Assembly: GCA_031459385.1 (NCBI GenBank)
Contig: JAVKIP010000001.1
Coordinates: 320,001-384,000, forward strand
Direction of reading: 5' to 3'
Length of the DNA: 64,000 bases
Source of the DNA: Candidatus Fervidifonticultor secundus
GTDB lineage: Bacteria > Sysuimicrobiota > Sysuimicrobiia > Sysuimicrobiales > Humicultoraceae
This document shows, piece by piece, positions 20,056 through 29,745 of the stretch (position 1 is its first letter; each line of letters opens with the position of its first letter). The notes below the pieces were generated by a model. The model saw nothing but the letters and a program-made list of their open reading frames with translations, had not been told where the DNA came from and did not search any database. Made by a program: the position numbers and the translations under genes.

Positions 20056-21090
20056 CTACCGGGTGACCGTGACCTTGCGCAGGCCGCGGGGGGCGTCGGG
20101 ATTGAGGCCGCGGGCCACCGCGACGTGGTACGCGAAGAGGTGCGCGGCCGGCGCGGCTGCCACCGGGGTCAAGGTCTCGGGGAGCCGCGCGTCCACGGCC
20201 AGATCGCCGGGGTCGTCGCCGAAGGCGAAGGTGAGGGTGGGTACCGACCGCTGGCGCAGCGCCACCCGGACCTCGATGAGACCGGCGCGCGTGCGTCCCG
20301 GCGGCAACAGCAGGAGCACGGTGCGGGTGCGGTCCAGCGCGGCGATGGGGCCGTGCAGCAACTCGGCCGCCGACAGCGACTCGGCGAACGCGTAGGCGGT
20401 CTCCTTGAGCTTCAATGCCGCCTCGTCGGCGACACCCAGCATGTACCCGCGTGTGGTGACGATCCACGGGTCGCGTTTGGCGTGGCGCCGGGCCAGCGCC
20501 TTCACCGTGTTCTCGCGGTCCACCACCGCCGCGACGGCGTCGGGCAGGCGGGCCAGCGCCCGGCCCAGGTCGCGGTGCTGCGCCCACCCGGCGACCAGCG
20601 CCGCCAGCGCGGCCAGCGAGGCCGTGAAGGTCTTGGTGGCCGCCACGGCCTGCTCGGGCCCGGCCACCAGCGGCAGCACGTGCCCGCTGTGCTGGGCCAG
20701 CGGCGAGACGGGGTCGTTGGTGATCGCGACGGTCAGCGCTCCCTGCCGCCGGGCCGCGGCCACCACCTCCGCCACGTCTACCGATCGGCCCGACTGCGAG
20801 ATGCCGATCACGACCCCTGCCGACCAGTCCGGCGTGCGGTCGTAGAGGGTGGTGACCGAGGGCATGGCCGTCGCGGTGGGAAGGCGCAGCAGCGTTTCGA
20901 CCAGGTACTGCCCGTAGATGGCCGCGTTGTGCGACGTGCCCCGGGCGACGAACACCACCAGCGACGGCTTGCGGCGGCGCAGCGCCTCGCCGATCTCGCC
21001 GATACCGGCGGCCTGTTCGGTGAGCAGGCGCGCCAGCACCGCGGGCTGCTCGCGGATCTCGGAGAGCATGGCATGGGGCGTTGTGGGCAC
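20056..21090 (-). CDS. SIS-domain sugar-phosphate isomerase/deaminase (GlmS isomerase-like, NagB-II type)
   Basis: MLSEIREQP, ARGTSHNA, ISQSGRS, AVAATKTF, EAALKLKE, ELLHGP, NPDAPRGLRKVTVTR; no glutaminase domain; start GTG 21090 or ATG 21069. Confidence 0.87.
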   Translation of the reverse strand: MPTTPHAMLSEIREQPAVLARLLTEQAAGIGEIGEALRRRKPSLVVFVARGTSHNAAIYGQYLVETLLRLPTATAMPSVTTLYDRTPDWSAGVVIGISQSGRSVDVAEVVAAARRQGALTVAITNDPVSPLAQHSGHVLPLVAGPEQAVAATKTFTASLAALAALVAGWAQHRDLGRALARLPDAVAAVVDRENTVKALARRHAKRDPWIVTTRGYMLGVADEAALKLKETAYAFAESLSAAELLHGPIAALDRTRTVLLLLPPGRTRAGLIEVRVALRQRSVPTLTFAFGDDPGDLAVDARLPETLTPVAAAPAAHLFAYHVAVARGLNPDAPRGLRKVTVTR

Positions 21091-21215
21091 GGGGCAGGCT
21101 CCGCTGGACGATCTGGCCGGGCCAACGAGACCCCTTCGTCGGCGTCCGGCCGGTCCCTGCCAGGACGCGCCGGGATCCGGCGTCAGGGAGGAGACCTGCA
21201 CCGGGGCGACGAATA

Positions 21216-21231
21216 GTCATAACGTTATGAC
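21216..21231. promoter_or_regulatory. Perfect 16-bp palindrome GTCATAACGTTATGAC, putative GntR/HutC operator overlapping the regulator start codon
   Basis: GTCATAAC/GTTATGAC exact inverted repeat in the only AT-rich patch between divergent genes. Confidence 0.7.
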
Positions 21232-22066
21232 AAATGGCATCACCCGCCGATCCCCGGTGCCCCTCTACTACCAGGTCGAGTCCTGGCTGCGGCAGCAGGT
21301 GGCCGGCGGGCGCCTGCAGGGCGCGTGCCTGCCGACCGAAGCAGCACTGGTCCGGCAGCTGGGCGTGAGCCGCATCACGATCCGCCGGGCGATGGAGCGT
21401 CTGGTGCAGGAAGGCCTGATCTACCGCGTGCCGGGTCGGGGGACCTTCGCCAACCCGCGGCGCGCCCGGGAGTTCCGCATCGAGCGCAATCCCGTCGACC
21501 TGCTGGGCTTCGAGGACGACATCCGGCGCGCCGGCCTCGCCGCGGAGACCGTCGTGCTGCGCCGCGACTGGGTGGATGCGCCCGCCGACGTCGCGGCCGC
21601 GCTGGGGCTGGCGTCAGGCGAGGAGGTGCTGTGGCTGTACCGCCGGGGCACCGCCGGCGGCCGGCCGCTGTGGGTGGAGGACCGCTACCTGGTCCGCCGC
21701 CTGGGAGCCCGGCTGCGGCCGCGCGAAGCGGCCACGCCCAGCCTGCTGGCGACGCTGGCCCGCGAGCGCGGGCTCACGGTGAACCGGGCGCAGGTGCGGA
21801 TCTCGGCGTGCGAAGCCCGCCGCGAGGAGGCGCGCCACCTGGGGCTGCGCCGGGGCGCGCCGGTCCTGGCGGCCGAGTTCGTCGTGCATGCCGACGGCAG
21901 CCCCGTGCAGCTGGTGCGGGCACGCTTTCGCCCCGACCGGTACGCGTTCGCGTTCACGATCGCGCCCGAGGCGACGGGTGAACCGGACGGGCTGCTCCGG
22001 CCCGTCGCCCGCGCGGCTGACGTCGCCCCGCCTGCGCCGACGATGACGCCACGAGGAGACGCATGA
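21227..22066 (+). CDS. GntR family regulator (HutC/UTRA type)
   Basis: PLYYQV, LPTEAAL, GVSRITIRRAM..LV.EGLI.R.PGRGTF; UTRA-like C-terminus. Confidence 0.92.
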   Translation: MTNGITRRSPVPLYYQVESWLRQQVAGGRLQGACLPTEAALVRQLGVSRITIRRAMERLVQEGLIYRVPGRGTFANPRRAREFRIERNPVDLLGFEDDIRRAGLAAETVVLRRDWVDAPADVAAALGLASGEEVLWLYRRGTAGGRPLWVEDRYLVRRLGARLRPREAATPSLLATLARERGLTVNRAQVRISACEARREEARHLGLRRGAPVLAAEFVVHADGSPVQLVRARFRPDRYAFAFTIAPEATGEPDGLLRPVARAADVAPPAPTMTPRGDA

Positions 22067-23115
22067 CGCCCATCCAGCTCGACGATCGGCACCTCAAGGT
22101 CGGCGAGGCGATCGACCGGCTCTGTACCATCGAGATCACCGGCCGCGGCGTCGTCGGCGACCTCTACGCCGCGGCGCGCGCCGCGCAGGCGGGACCGCTG
22201 TGCCTGTCAGCCGCCCGTGTGCTGGTCGACGGCGTGGCGCCCGGCGACGTGGTGGTCATCGCCACCGGCCTGCCCACCTACCCGTGGTTCTTGGGCGAGC
22301 AGGACGGGCCCGTGGGCGCGGCGACGCTGGCGCGGGCCATGGTGCTGGGTCTGGCCGCGCGGCCGGTGATCGTGACCGAGCCGAACCACGTGGAGATGTG
22401 CGCGGCGGCGGTGCGCGGCGCCGGGCTGTACGCGCGGGGCGTCGACGAGGCGTTGCGACTGCCCACCACCGCTGCCGTGGTTGGCTTCCCCCTCGAATGG
22501 GCTGCGGCCGAGCGCGAGGCCGACGCCCTGCTGGCGCGGGTAGGGCCGCGTGCGCTGGTGGCGATCGAGCGGCCGGGCGCCAACGAGCACGGCCACTACC
22601 ATAGCGCGGGCGGCCAGCGGCTCACCGAGCACTGCGCCAAGGTCGACGTGCTCTTCGCCCGGGCGCGCGCGGCCGGCATTCCCACGGTGGGTATCGGCGA
22701 CGGCGGGAACGAGCTGGGCTGCGCCATGATCCGCGAGGCGGTGTTCGCCACGGTGCCGCGCGGCCGCCGCTGCCGGTGCCCCTGCGGCGGCTCGGTGGTG
22801 CCCGCGACGCCCACCGACCACCTGGTGCTGACGGCGATCTCCAACTGGGGGGCCTACGGCGTGGCCGCGGCCATGGCGCTGCTGTTGGACCGGCCCGAGG
22901 TGTTGCACACGCGGGAGATCGACCGGCGCGTGCACGAACTGTGCGCCGCCGCAGGCGCCAACAACAACGGTCCCGGCCTCCTCGACGTGGGCACCGACGC
23001 CGTGCCGGCTGAGCTCCACGGCGACTTCCTGGCGTTGCTGGGGTTCATGGTCGCCAGCGGCATCGACTTCGGCCGGCTCTACCGCGAGCCGCGCTACCCG
23101 TGGCTGGCGACATGA
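22063..23115 (+). CDS. D-glutamate cyclase-like protein (DUF4392 family)
   Basis: EQDGPVGA, AIERPG, GIGDGGNELG, SNWGAYG motifs. Confidence 0.8.
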   Translation: MTPIQLDDRHLKVGEAIDRLCTIEITGRGVVGDLYAAARAAQAGPLCLSAARVLVDGVAPGDVVVIATGLPTYPWFLGEQDGPVGAATLARAMVLGLAARPVIVTEPNHVEMCAAAVRGAGLYARGVDEALRLPTTAAVVGFPLEWAAAEREADALLARVGPRALVAIERPGANEHGHYHSAGGQRLTEHCAKVDVLFARARAAGIPTVGIGDGGNELGCAMIREAVFATVPRGRRCRCPCGGSVVPATPTDHLVLTAISNWGAYGVAAAMALLLDRPEVLHTREIDRRVHELCAAAGANNNGPGLLDVGTDAVPAELHGDFLALLGFMVASGIDFGRLYREPRYPWLAT

Positions 23116-23140
23116 CCCCACCGGCAGGGAGGACAGAGCC

Positions 23141-24196
23141 ATGACCCGCGCGCTTGAGCCCGCCGACCTCCGCGCGCGCATCGCGCTGCTGCCGCGCGTG
23201 CGTCTGGCCCACCTGCCCACGCCGATCCAGCACTGTTCGAACCTCTCCCGCGACCTGGGCGTCGACCTGTGGGTGAAGCGTGACGACCTCACCGGCCCGG
23301 CGTTCGGCGGCAACAAGGTCCGCAACCTGGAGTGGCGCATGGCCGAGGCGCTGGCCGCGGGCGCCGACGCGCTGGTCTTCGGGGTCGAGGCCACGTCGAA
23401 CTCGGCCCGGCAGACCGCGGCGGCCGCCAACATCCTGGGACTGCCGCTGGTGCTGGTCCTGCGCGGGGCTCCGGACGAACCCTGGCAGGGCAACCTGCTG
23501 TGCGACCTGATCCTGGGCGCTGACGTGCGCTTGCGGGCGCTGCCTGGCTACCACGACCTGCCCCGCGCCGTGCAGGAGGTTGTAGACGAGCTGCGGGCCG
23601 CCGGCCGGCGCCCGTTCAGCCTCAACCACGGCCGGATGTTCCACGTGGCGGCGGCGCTGGCGACCATCGAGAACTTCCTGGAGATCCTCGAGCTGCTGGC
23701 GCCGCACGGCCGCACGCCCCAGCACATCTACATCTCGTCGGGCGGCAAGGGCCTGGCCGGCCTGGCCCTGGCGCGCACGGCCCTGGGGCTGCCGGTACGG
23801 GTGGTGGGCATCGCGTCCACCACCAACGAGGATCCGTGGACGTACGCGGCGCAGACCGCCACCGAGACCGCGCAGCTGCTGGGGCTGCCCCTGGAGGTGA
23901 CGCCCGGCGAGATCGAAGCGTCGTACGACTACATCGGCCCCGGCTACGGCGTCCCTACCCCCGACGGGCTGGATGCGATCCTGACTTTCGCGCGGCGCGA
24001 GGGCCTCATGCTCGATCCTGTCTACACGGGGAAGGCCGCGGCCGGGCTGCTGGACCACATCCGCCGCGGGATCGTGGCGCCGGGCGCCACCGTGGTGTTC
24101 GTGCACACGGGCGGGCAGCCCGCCCTGTTCGCCCACAGCGAGGCGATCGTCGCCCACATCCGGCGCGCGCAGGTGCACGCCCGCGCCCGCCCATGA
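23141..24196 (+). CDS. D-cysteine desulfhydrase / ACC deaminase family PLP enzyme
   Basis: LAHLPTP, VKRDDLTG..FGGNKVR (PLP Lys), GNLL, GPGYG, LDPVYTGKA, FVHTGG. Confidence 0.88.
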   Translation: MTRALEPADLRARIALLPRVRLAHLPTPIQHCSNLSRDLGVDLWVKRDDLTGPAFGGNKVRNLEWRMAEALAAGADALVFGVEATSNSARQTAAAANILGLPLVLVLRGAPDEPWQGNLLCDLILGADVRLRALPGYHDLPRAVQEVVDELRAAGRRPFSLNHGRMFHVAAALATIENFLEILELLAPHGRTPQHIYISSGGKGLAGLALARTALGLPVRVVGIASTTNEDPWTYAAQTATETAQLLGLPLEVTPGEIEASYDYIGPGYGVPTPDGLDAILTFARREGLMLDPVYTGKAAAGLLDHIRRGIVAPGATVVFVHTGGQPALFAHSEAIVAHIRRAQVHARARP

Positions 24197-24239
24197 TGTC
24201 GCCGGCAGCGTCGGGCCGCCGGCCAAGGAGGGAGCGCGC

Positions 24240-25823
24240 ATGAGGACGCGAGGGATCCTGATCCTGATGGTGGGGGCAGCGCTGCTGCTGCCGCTGGCGG
24301 CCGGCGCCCAGGTGGACCGGCCGCTGGTGTACGCGCAGAACGTGCCGGTCACGGCCATGGACACCGCCGGCACGTCCATCGGCACCGTCTACCCCGCCGG
24401 GTACGAGGCGATGTTCCTCGTTTACGACAACCTGGTGGGCTTCAACGACCGGATGCAGATCGTCCCGCAGCTCGCCACCGAGTGGTCCACGGCGCGTGAC
24501 GGACTGACCTGGACGTTCCGGCTGCGGCGTGGGGTCGTGTTCCACGACGGGACGCCCTTTGACGCCGATGCGGCCGTCTTCCACCTGCAGCGGCAGATCG
24601 ACCCCCAGGTGAACCGCTCGAACCGGCCGCTGTGGGACCCCATCGCCAGCGTGCGCAAGGTGGACGACTTCACCGTGGCCATCACGACCCACAAGCCCTA
24701 CGGCGCGCTGCTCAACACCCTGGCCCACGGCTCGGGCGGCGTGGTCAGCCCCACGGCCGTGCGGCGGTTGGGCGCCGCTTTCGCGCGGCAGCCGGTGGGT
24801 ACCGGGCCCTACGCGGTCGAGCGTCTCGAGACCGGCACCGAGCTGGTGCTGCGCCGCAACGACAGCTACTGGGGCGGCCGGCCGGGCTACAGCCGCATCG
24901 TGCTGCGGCACGTCCCAGACCCCACGACCCGCATCGCGCTGCTGCAGTCCGGGCAGGCCGACGTCATCAACGCGATCCCGCCGGAGAACGTGGCGCAGCT
25001 CCAGGGGAACCCGGCCATCGAGGTGATCGCCCGGCCGGCCCTGCGGACGTTCGGCTTCGCCTTCAACCTGAACCGGCGGTTCTTCCAGGACGTCAAGGTG
25101 CGCCACGCGTTCAACTACGCCGTGAACCGGGGGCCGGTCATCACGGCGATCTTCAAGGGCTACGCCACGCCCATCGACTCGCCGCTGTCGCCGTTCACCT
25201 CCGGGTACGTGCCGATCGCGCCCTGGCCGTACGACGTCGAGCGGGCGAAGCAGCTGCTGGCCGAGGCCGGGTGGCGGCCGGGCCCCGACGGGGTGGTGCG
25301 CAAGGATGGGCAGCCCTTCGAGATCACCATCCTCACGCCCATCGGGATGCTACCCAAGGACATCGAGGTCACGCAGGCATTCCAGGACTTCCTGCGCGTC
25401 ATCGGCGTGCGCGCGACGATCAACCGGGTCGAGCCGGCGGCGTTCTGGGACTTCCTGCGCGTGCCGCCTGACCGGCTGGCGTGGGACATGGTGCTGTTCG
25501 GCTTCAACCCGTCCAACGGCGACGGCGGCTACCACCTGACGTCGCTCTTCGAGAGCAACCCGTCGCGCGGCGGTCCGCCCAAGGTGTGGAACTTCACCTG
25601 GTATGCCAACCCCAGGGTGGACGAGCTGCTGAACCAGGCCGACCAGACCGTGGACCAGGCCAAGCGGCGGGAGCTGCTGGGGCAGGCGGCGCGCCTGGTG
25701 TGGCAGGACGCGCCCTACGTCTGGCTCTACGCCGAGAACGTCATCGTCGCCAGGCGGCGGGACGTGAAGAACGTCGAGGTCTGGCCCGTGGTCTTCACCA
25801 TCCTGCGCAACGCGCGGCCCTAG
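24240..25823 (+). CDS. Peptide/nickel (family 5) ABC substrate-binding protein
   Basis: Signal peptide, PQLATEW, FRLRRGVVFHDGTPF, PVGTGPY. Confidence 0.92.
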   Translation: MRTRGILILMVGAALLLPLAAGAQVDRPLVYAQNVPVTAMDTAGTSIGTVYPAGYEAMFLVYDNLVGFNDRMQIVPQLATEWSTARDGLTWTFRLRRGVVFHDGTPFDADAAVFHLQRQIDPQVNRSNRPLWDPIASVRKVDDFTVAITTHKPYGALLNTLAHGSGGVVSPTAVRRLGAAFARQPVGTGPYAVERLETGTELVLRRNDSYWGGRPGYSRIVLRHVPDPTTRIALLQSGQADVINAIPPENVAQLQGNPAIEVIARPALRTFGFAFNLNRRFFQDVKVRHAFNYAVNRGPVITAIFKGYATPIDSPLSPFTSGYVPIAPWPYDVERAKQLLAEAGWRPGPDGVVRKDGQPFEITILTPIGMLPKDIEVTQAFQDFLRVIGVRATINRVEPAAFWDFLRVPPDRLAWDMVLFGFNPSNGDGGYHLTSLFESNPSRGGPPKVWNFTWYANPRVDELLNQADQTVDQAKRRELLGQAARLVWQDAPYVWLYAENVIVARRRDVKNVEVWPVVFTILRNARP

Positions 25824-25900
25824 CGCCCCTGCGGGCCGCGGACGTGGGGCCGGGCGCGGGCAGCCGCCCCGGCCCCGCGCCGGTCCGTCCGTCGCACGCG

Positions 25901-26821
25901 GTGGTCCTGTACACCCTCCGCCGCCTGGCGCTGCTGGCACCGCAGGCGCTGGGCATCGTGACGCTGGTCTTCATCGTGTTCCGTCTGGTGCCGGGCGACC
26001 CGGCACTGCTCGTGGCCGGTCCCCACGCGACGGCCGAGCAAGTCGAGGCGATCCGCCGCGACCTGGGCCTGCACCGTCCGCTCTGGCAGCAGTACCTGGG
26101 CTTTCTCGCCGATCTCCTCCGCGGGGACCTGGGCACCTCGGTGAGCCTGCACCAGCCGGTGACCGAGGTGGTCGCCGCGCGCGCGGGGCCCACCCTGGCG
26201 CTGATGCTGGCCAGCCTGCTCCTTACCGTGATCCTGGCGGTTCCGGCAGGCCTGGCTGCGGCCGTGCGCCCGCACGGGACGCTCGCCCAGGTCCTCATGG
26301 GGGCGTCGATCCTGGCGCTCTCCATCCCCAACTTCCTGATCGGCATGCTCCTGATGCAGGTGCTGGCGGTCTCCTGGCGACTGCTGCCGGCGGCCGGCAC
26401 CGGCGGTGGCGCGTTCCTGGTGATGCCGACGCTGGCCGTGGCCGCGCGTCTGGTGGCGCTGGTGAGCCGCACCACCCAGGCCAGCGTCCTCGAGATCCTG
26501 GGCGAGGAGTTCGTGCGCACGGCGCGCGCCAAGGGGCTCGCAGCCCGCGCCGTACTCTACCGGCACGCCCTGCGGCCCGCGCTGGTGCCTATCCTCACCA
26601 TGATCGGCCTGCAGGCCGGCTACCTGCTCGGCGGCTCCGTCGTGGTCGAGACCCTCTTCGCCTACCAGGGGCTCGGGCAGGCGATGATCACGGCGGTCGG
26701 GCTGCGCGACTACTTCCTGGTGCAAGGTGTGACGCTCGTCTACGTCGTCGGCTTCCTGCTGGTGAACCTGGTCGTGGACCTGTCGTATGCGGCCGTCGAC
26801 CCGCGAATCAGATACGCTTAG
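25901..26821 (+). CDS. Peptide ABC transporter permease (DppB-like)
   Basis: PGDPA, GDLGTS, EFVRTARAKGL, LLGGSVVVETLF, DPRIRY; GTG start inferred. Confidence 0.9.
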   Translation: MVLYTLRRLALLAPQALGIVTLVFIVFRLVPGDPALLVAGPHATAEQVEAIRRDLGLHRPLWQQYLGFLADLLRGDLGTSVSLHQPVTEVVAARAGPTLALMLASLLLTVILAVPAGLAAAVRPHGTLAQVLMGASILALSIPNFLIGMLLMQVLAVSWRLLPAAGTGGGAFLVMPTLAVAARLVALVSRTTQASVLEILGEEFVRTARAKGLAARAVLYRHALRPALVPILTMIGLQAGYLLGGSVVVETLFAYQGLGQAMITAVGLRDYFLVQGVTLVYVVGFLLVNLVVDLSYAAVDPRIRYA

Positions 26822-27695
26822 CCCGGCGCCTGGGGCCGGGGCCCGCCCGGCCTCGGCGCTGGCGCGGCGCGCGCGGCGCCTGGTGCGCGTACCCGGCGTG
26901 GCCCTGGGCCTGCTGCTCGTCGCCGCCTACGTGGTGATGGGGCTCTGCGCGCCCTGGCTGGCGCCCCGCGATCCCAACGCGCAGGACCTCCTGGCCGCGC
27001 TGCAGCCGCCGTCGCCCGCGCACTGGTTCGGCACCGACGACCTGGGCCGCGACCTGGCCAGCCGCGTCGTCGTGGCGTCGCGCACCGACCTGACCATCGT
27101 GCTGCTGGGGTTGGCCCTGTCGCTCGTCATCGCCCTGCCCGTCGGCCTGGTGGCCGGCGCCGTGGGCGGCCGCACCGACCGCGTGCTGCTGGCGGTGTTC
27201 GACGCCGCGCTCACGGTGCCGTCGCTGGTGCTGGCAGTGGTGCTGGTGAGCCTGCTGGGCGTGGGGCTGCAGAGCGTGATCCTGGCCGTGGGCGTCACCA
27301 CGGCGCCGGCCCTGGCGCGCCTGGTGCGCGGTCTCGTGCTGACCATCGTGAGCAGCGAGTACGTCGAGGCCGCCCGGGCCCTGGGCGCCACCACGGCGCG
27401 CCTGATCGTGCGGCACGTGCTGCCGAACATCGCCGGCCGCGTCGCCGTCTACGCCACGCTCACCGGCAGCCATGCCATGCTCACGGTGACGGCGCTGGGT
27501 TTCCTGGGGCTCGGCGTGCAGCCGCCCGCGCCCGAGTGGGGGAACATGCTGGCCACGACGCGCACCTACCTGGCCACCGCGCCCTGGCTGCTGGCCGCTC
27601 CGGGCGCCGCCATCGTGCTCTTCATCCTGGGGCTGAACCTGCTAGGCGACGGGTTGCGGGATCTGCTGGACCCGAAGCTGCTGTGGCGGCCGTGA
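26787..27695 (+). CDS. Peptide ABC transporter permease (DppC-like); start uncertain
   Basis: HWFGTDDLGRD, EYVEAARALGA, RHVLPN, LGLGVQPPAPEWG, NLLGDGLRD. Confidence 0.88.
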   Translation: MRPSTRESDTLSPAPGAGARPASALARRARRLVRVPGVALGLLLVAAYVVMGLCAPWLAPRDPNAQDLLAALQPPSPAHWFGTDDLGRDLASRVVVASRTDLTIVLLGLALSLVIALPVGLVAGAVGGRTDRVLLAVFDAALTVPSLVLAVVLVSLLGVGLQSVILAVGVTTAPALARLVRGLVLTIVSSEYVEAARALGATTARLIVRHVLPNIAGRVAVYATLTGSHAMLTVTALGFLGLGVQPPAPEWGNMLATTRTYLATAPWLLAAPGAAIVLFILGLNLLGDGLRDLLDPKLLWRP

Positions 27696-27719
27696 GGCAG
27701 CCCGGGGGGTCGTAGCCCC

Positions 27720-28892
27720 TCAGAGATACTCGGCCAAGAACGGCGTCTTCGTCAGGACCTCGGGCGCACCGTCGGTGACCACGGCCACGTCCTCCAGGTG
27801 CCCGCCGCCCACGCCGGGGAGCAGAATGCCCGGTTCCAGCGCCACGACCATCCCCGCCTCGAGACGCTGGGGCGGACGGTGCCCGGTGACCTTCTCGCCG
27901 ATGGTGGGCGCTTCGTGGAGGTCGGTGCCCAGACCGTGCCCCAGGATGCCGAAGTAGGTGTGGTCTTCGTATCCCCACCGCCTGGCGACCTGGGCTGCGG
28001 CCTCCACCACCTCGGTCGTCAGCACGCCCGCCCGCAGCCTGTCCACGCCGGCCTGCAGCATCTGGTAGACCGCCCGGTAGACCTGACGCTGCTCGGGGGT
28101 CGGGGTGCCGGCGAACGCGATGCGTGCGATGTCCCCGTTGTACCCGTTGACGATGGCAGCGCCGCAGTCGATACGCACCATCTCCCCGTAGCGGATCCGT
28201 TTGGTGGTCGGGAAGCGGTACCCGTAGACGGCGTGGTCGCCCGAGGCGACCAGCGGGTAGTACGGAATGTCTTCGGAACCGGCCAGCATCATGGCGGTGG
28301 CGGCCGCGGCCGATACCTCCAGCTCGGTCACCCCTGGGCGCACGGCTGCCAGCGCGGCCTGCATGCCCAGGTCGGCGACCTCGGCAGCCTCCCGCAGCAT
28401 CGCGATCTCCAGCGGATGCTTGATCTTCCTGGCGTCGTCGATGGCGTCGAGGCCGTCGACGAACTGCACGTCGGGGAGGGCACGCTCGAGGTGCCTGAGG
28501 GCACCCACGGGCAGGAGGTCGACGCCGATGCGCCCGCGCACCCGGCAGCGCCGGACGGCGTCAGCGATCAACGGCACGCCGTCGGCGAAGACGAAGGGGA
28601 ACGGCACGGGCTCGGCAATCCACGGCATCGTCCGCCTCACGCGCTCCATATCCCCGCTGGCGACGAAAAACGTCACCTGGCCGTCGGCGGTCAGCAGCAC
28701 GGCATAGCGCGTGCCGTGGAACCACATGCTGTAGATAGGGCGAAAGCTGGTGACGTAGCGAATGGCATCCAGCTTGGTGTACAGGACCGCAGCCAGGTCA
28801 TGGGCGCCCATGGCCGCCGTCAACCGCGCGGTGCGGTAGGCGCGGAGGGCGTCCCACGCGGGGCCAGCGTACCAGTCAGCGGTCACTGCCAT
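27720..28892 (-). CDS. M24 family (Xaa-Pro) peptidase with intact metal ligands
   Basis: RIDCG..NGDI, GHGLG, LEPG, HLED give the canonical D,D,H,E,E set; SD GAGGAG before ATG 28892. Confidence 0.88.
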   Translation of the reverse strand: MAVTADWYAGPAWDALRAYRTARLTAAMGAHDLAAVLYTKLDAIRYVTSFRPIYSMWFHGTRYAVLLTADGQVTFFVASGDMERVRRTMPWIAEPVPFPFVFADGVPLIADAVRRCRVRGRIGVDLLPVGALRHLERALPDVQFVDGLDAIDDARKIKHPLEIAMLREAAEVADLGMQAALAAVRPGVTELEVSAAAATAMMLAGSEDIPYYPLVASGDHAVYGYRFPTTKRIRYGEMVRIDCGAAIVNGYNGDIARIAFAGTPTPEQRQVYRAVYQMLQAGVDRLRAGVLTTEVVEAAAQVARRWGYEDHTYFGILGHGLGTDLHEAPTIGEKVTGHRPPQRLEAGMVVALEPGILLPGVGGGHLEDVAVVTDGAPEVLTKTPFLAEYL

Positions 28893-29745
28893 GGGCGTCT
28901 CCTCGGGCCACCGGGGCCGCGTCTCGTGCGCGGTAGAAGTACCCGGGGAACCGTCGCACCGCGTCCACGTCGATTTCGGCATACAGGATGCCCTCGTCCT
29001 CGTCGAGGGTTTGGACGAACCCGTCGGTGGTGTTGATGCCGCCAGGTTTGGTGCGGAACCAGTGGGCCAGGTCGGTCAGGGTCTCCACAGGAGGCGGGAC
29101 GCAGACGGTCGTGTATCCGCCGGCGCGCGGGAATCGCTGGCCGATGGAGCCATCAGGGCCGCGCAGCAGCAGCGAACAGGCAGCGATGTCGACACCCACG
29201 ACCGGTTTCCCGTATTCGAGGTGGCGGCCGATGACGGTGGCGGGATAGGCGGCCCCAAGTGCAAACCACCAGGACGGGTTGAAGATGATATCCACCCGGT
29301 CCGCGACCAGCGCGCGGATGCCCTCGGTGAAGAACGCGAAGTCCGAGCAGATGACGGCGCCCAGGCGGCCGATGGGGGTGGCGAAGACGTGGAAGCCGCG
29401 ACCCGGAACCACGCCCCCGTCGATCTCCCCCTGCGTGGGGAAGTTCTTGCGCTGGCGGCCGATGAGGTGCCCGTCGGGGCCGATGAAGGTGGCGGTGTTG
29501 TGCCACCGCTCGCGCGTCCCCTCGATGAGCCCTGCCACGACGTAGACGCCCAGCCGCCGGGCGGCGCGCCGGAGCTCGTCCTCGCCGACGCGGGGGTAGA
29601 GTTCGGGGAAACAGGCGCACTGGGCCCCGGCCCGCGCCGCGTCCTCCAGGAGCGCCACGGCGTGGGCCACATCCGCGCCGCTCCACAGGTCGTCGAACTC
29701 CACGGACACCGGCCGGGCCTGAATGGCAGCAACGACAACCTTCAC
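28876..29745 (-). CDS. Carbon-nitrogen hydrolase (nitrilase superfamily)
   Basis: Glu-Lys-Cys triad in CFPELY, QRKNFP, VICSDF; EGILYAEID. Confidence 0.85.
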   Translation of the reverse strand: MKVVVAAIQARPVSVEFDDLWSGADVAHAVALLEDAARAGAQCACFPELYPRVGEDELRRAARRLGVYVVAGLIEGTRERWHNTATFIGPDGHLIGRQRKNFPTQGEIDGGVVPGRGFHVFATPIGRLGAVICSDFAFFTEGIRALVADRVDIIFNPSWWFALGAAYPATVIGRHLEYGKPVVGVDIAACSLLLRGPDGSIGQRFPRAGGYTTVCVPPPVETLTDLAHWFRTKPGGINTTDGFVQTLDEDEGILYAEIDVDAVRRFPGYFYRARDAAPVARGDAHGSDR

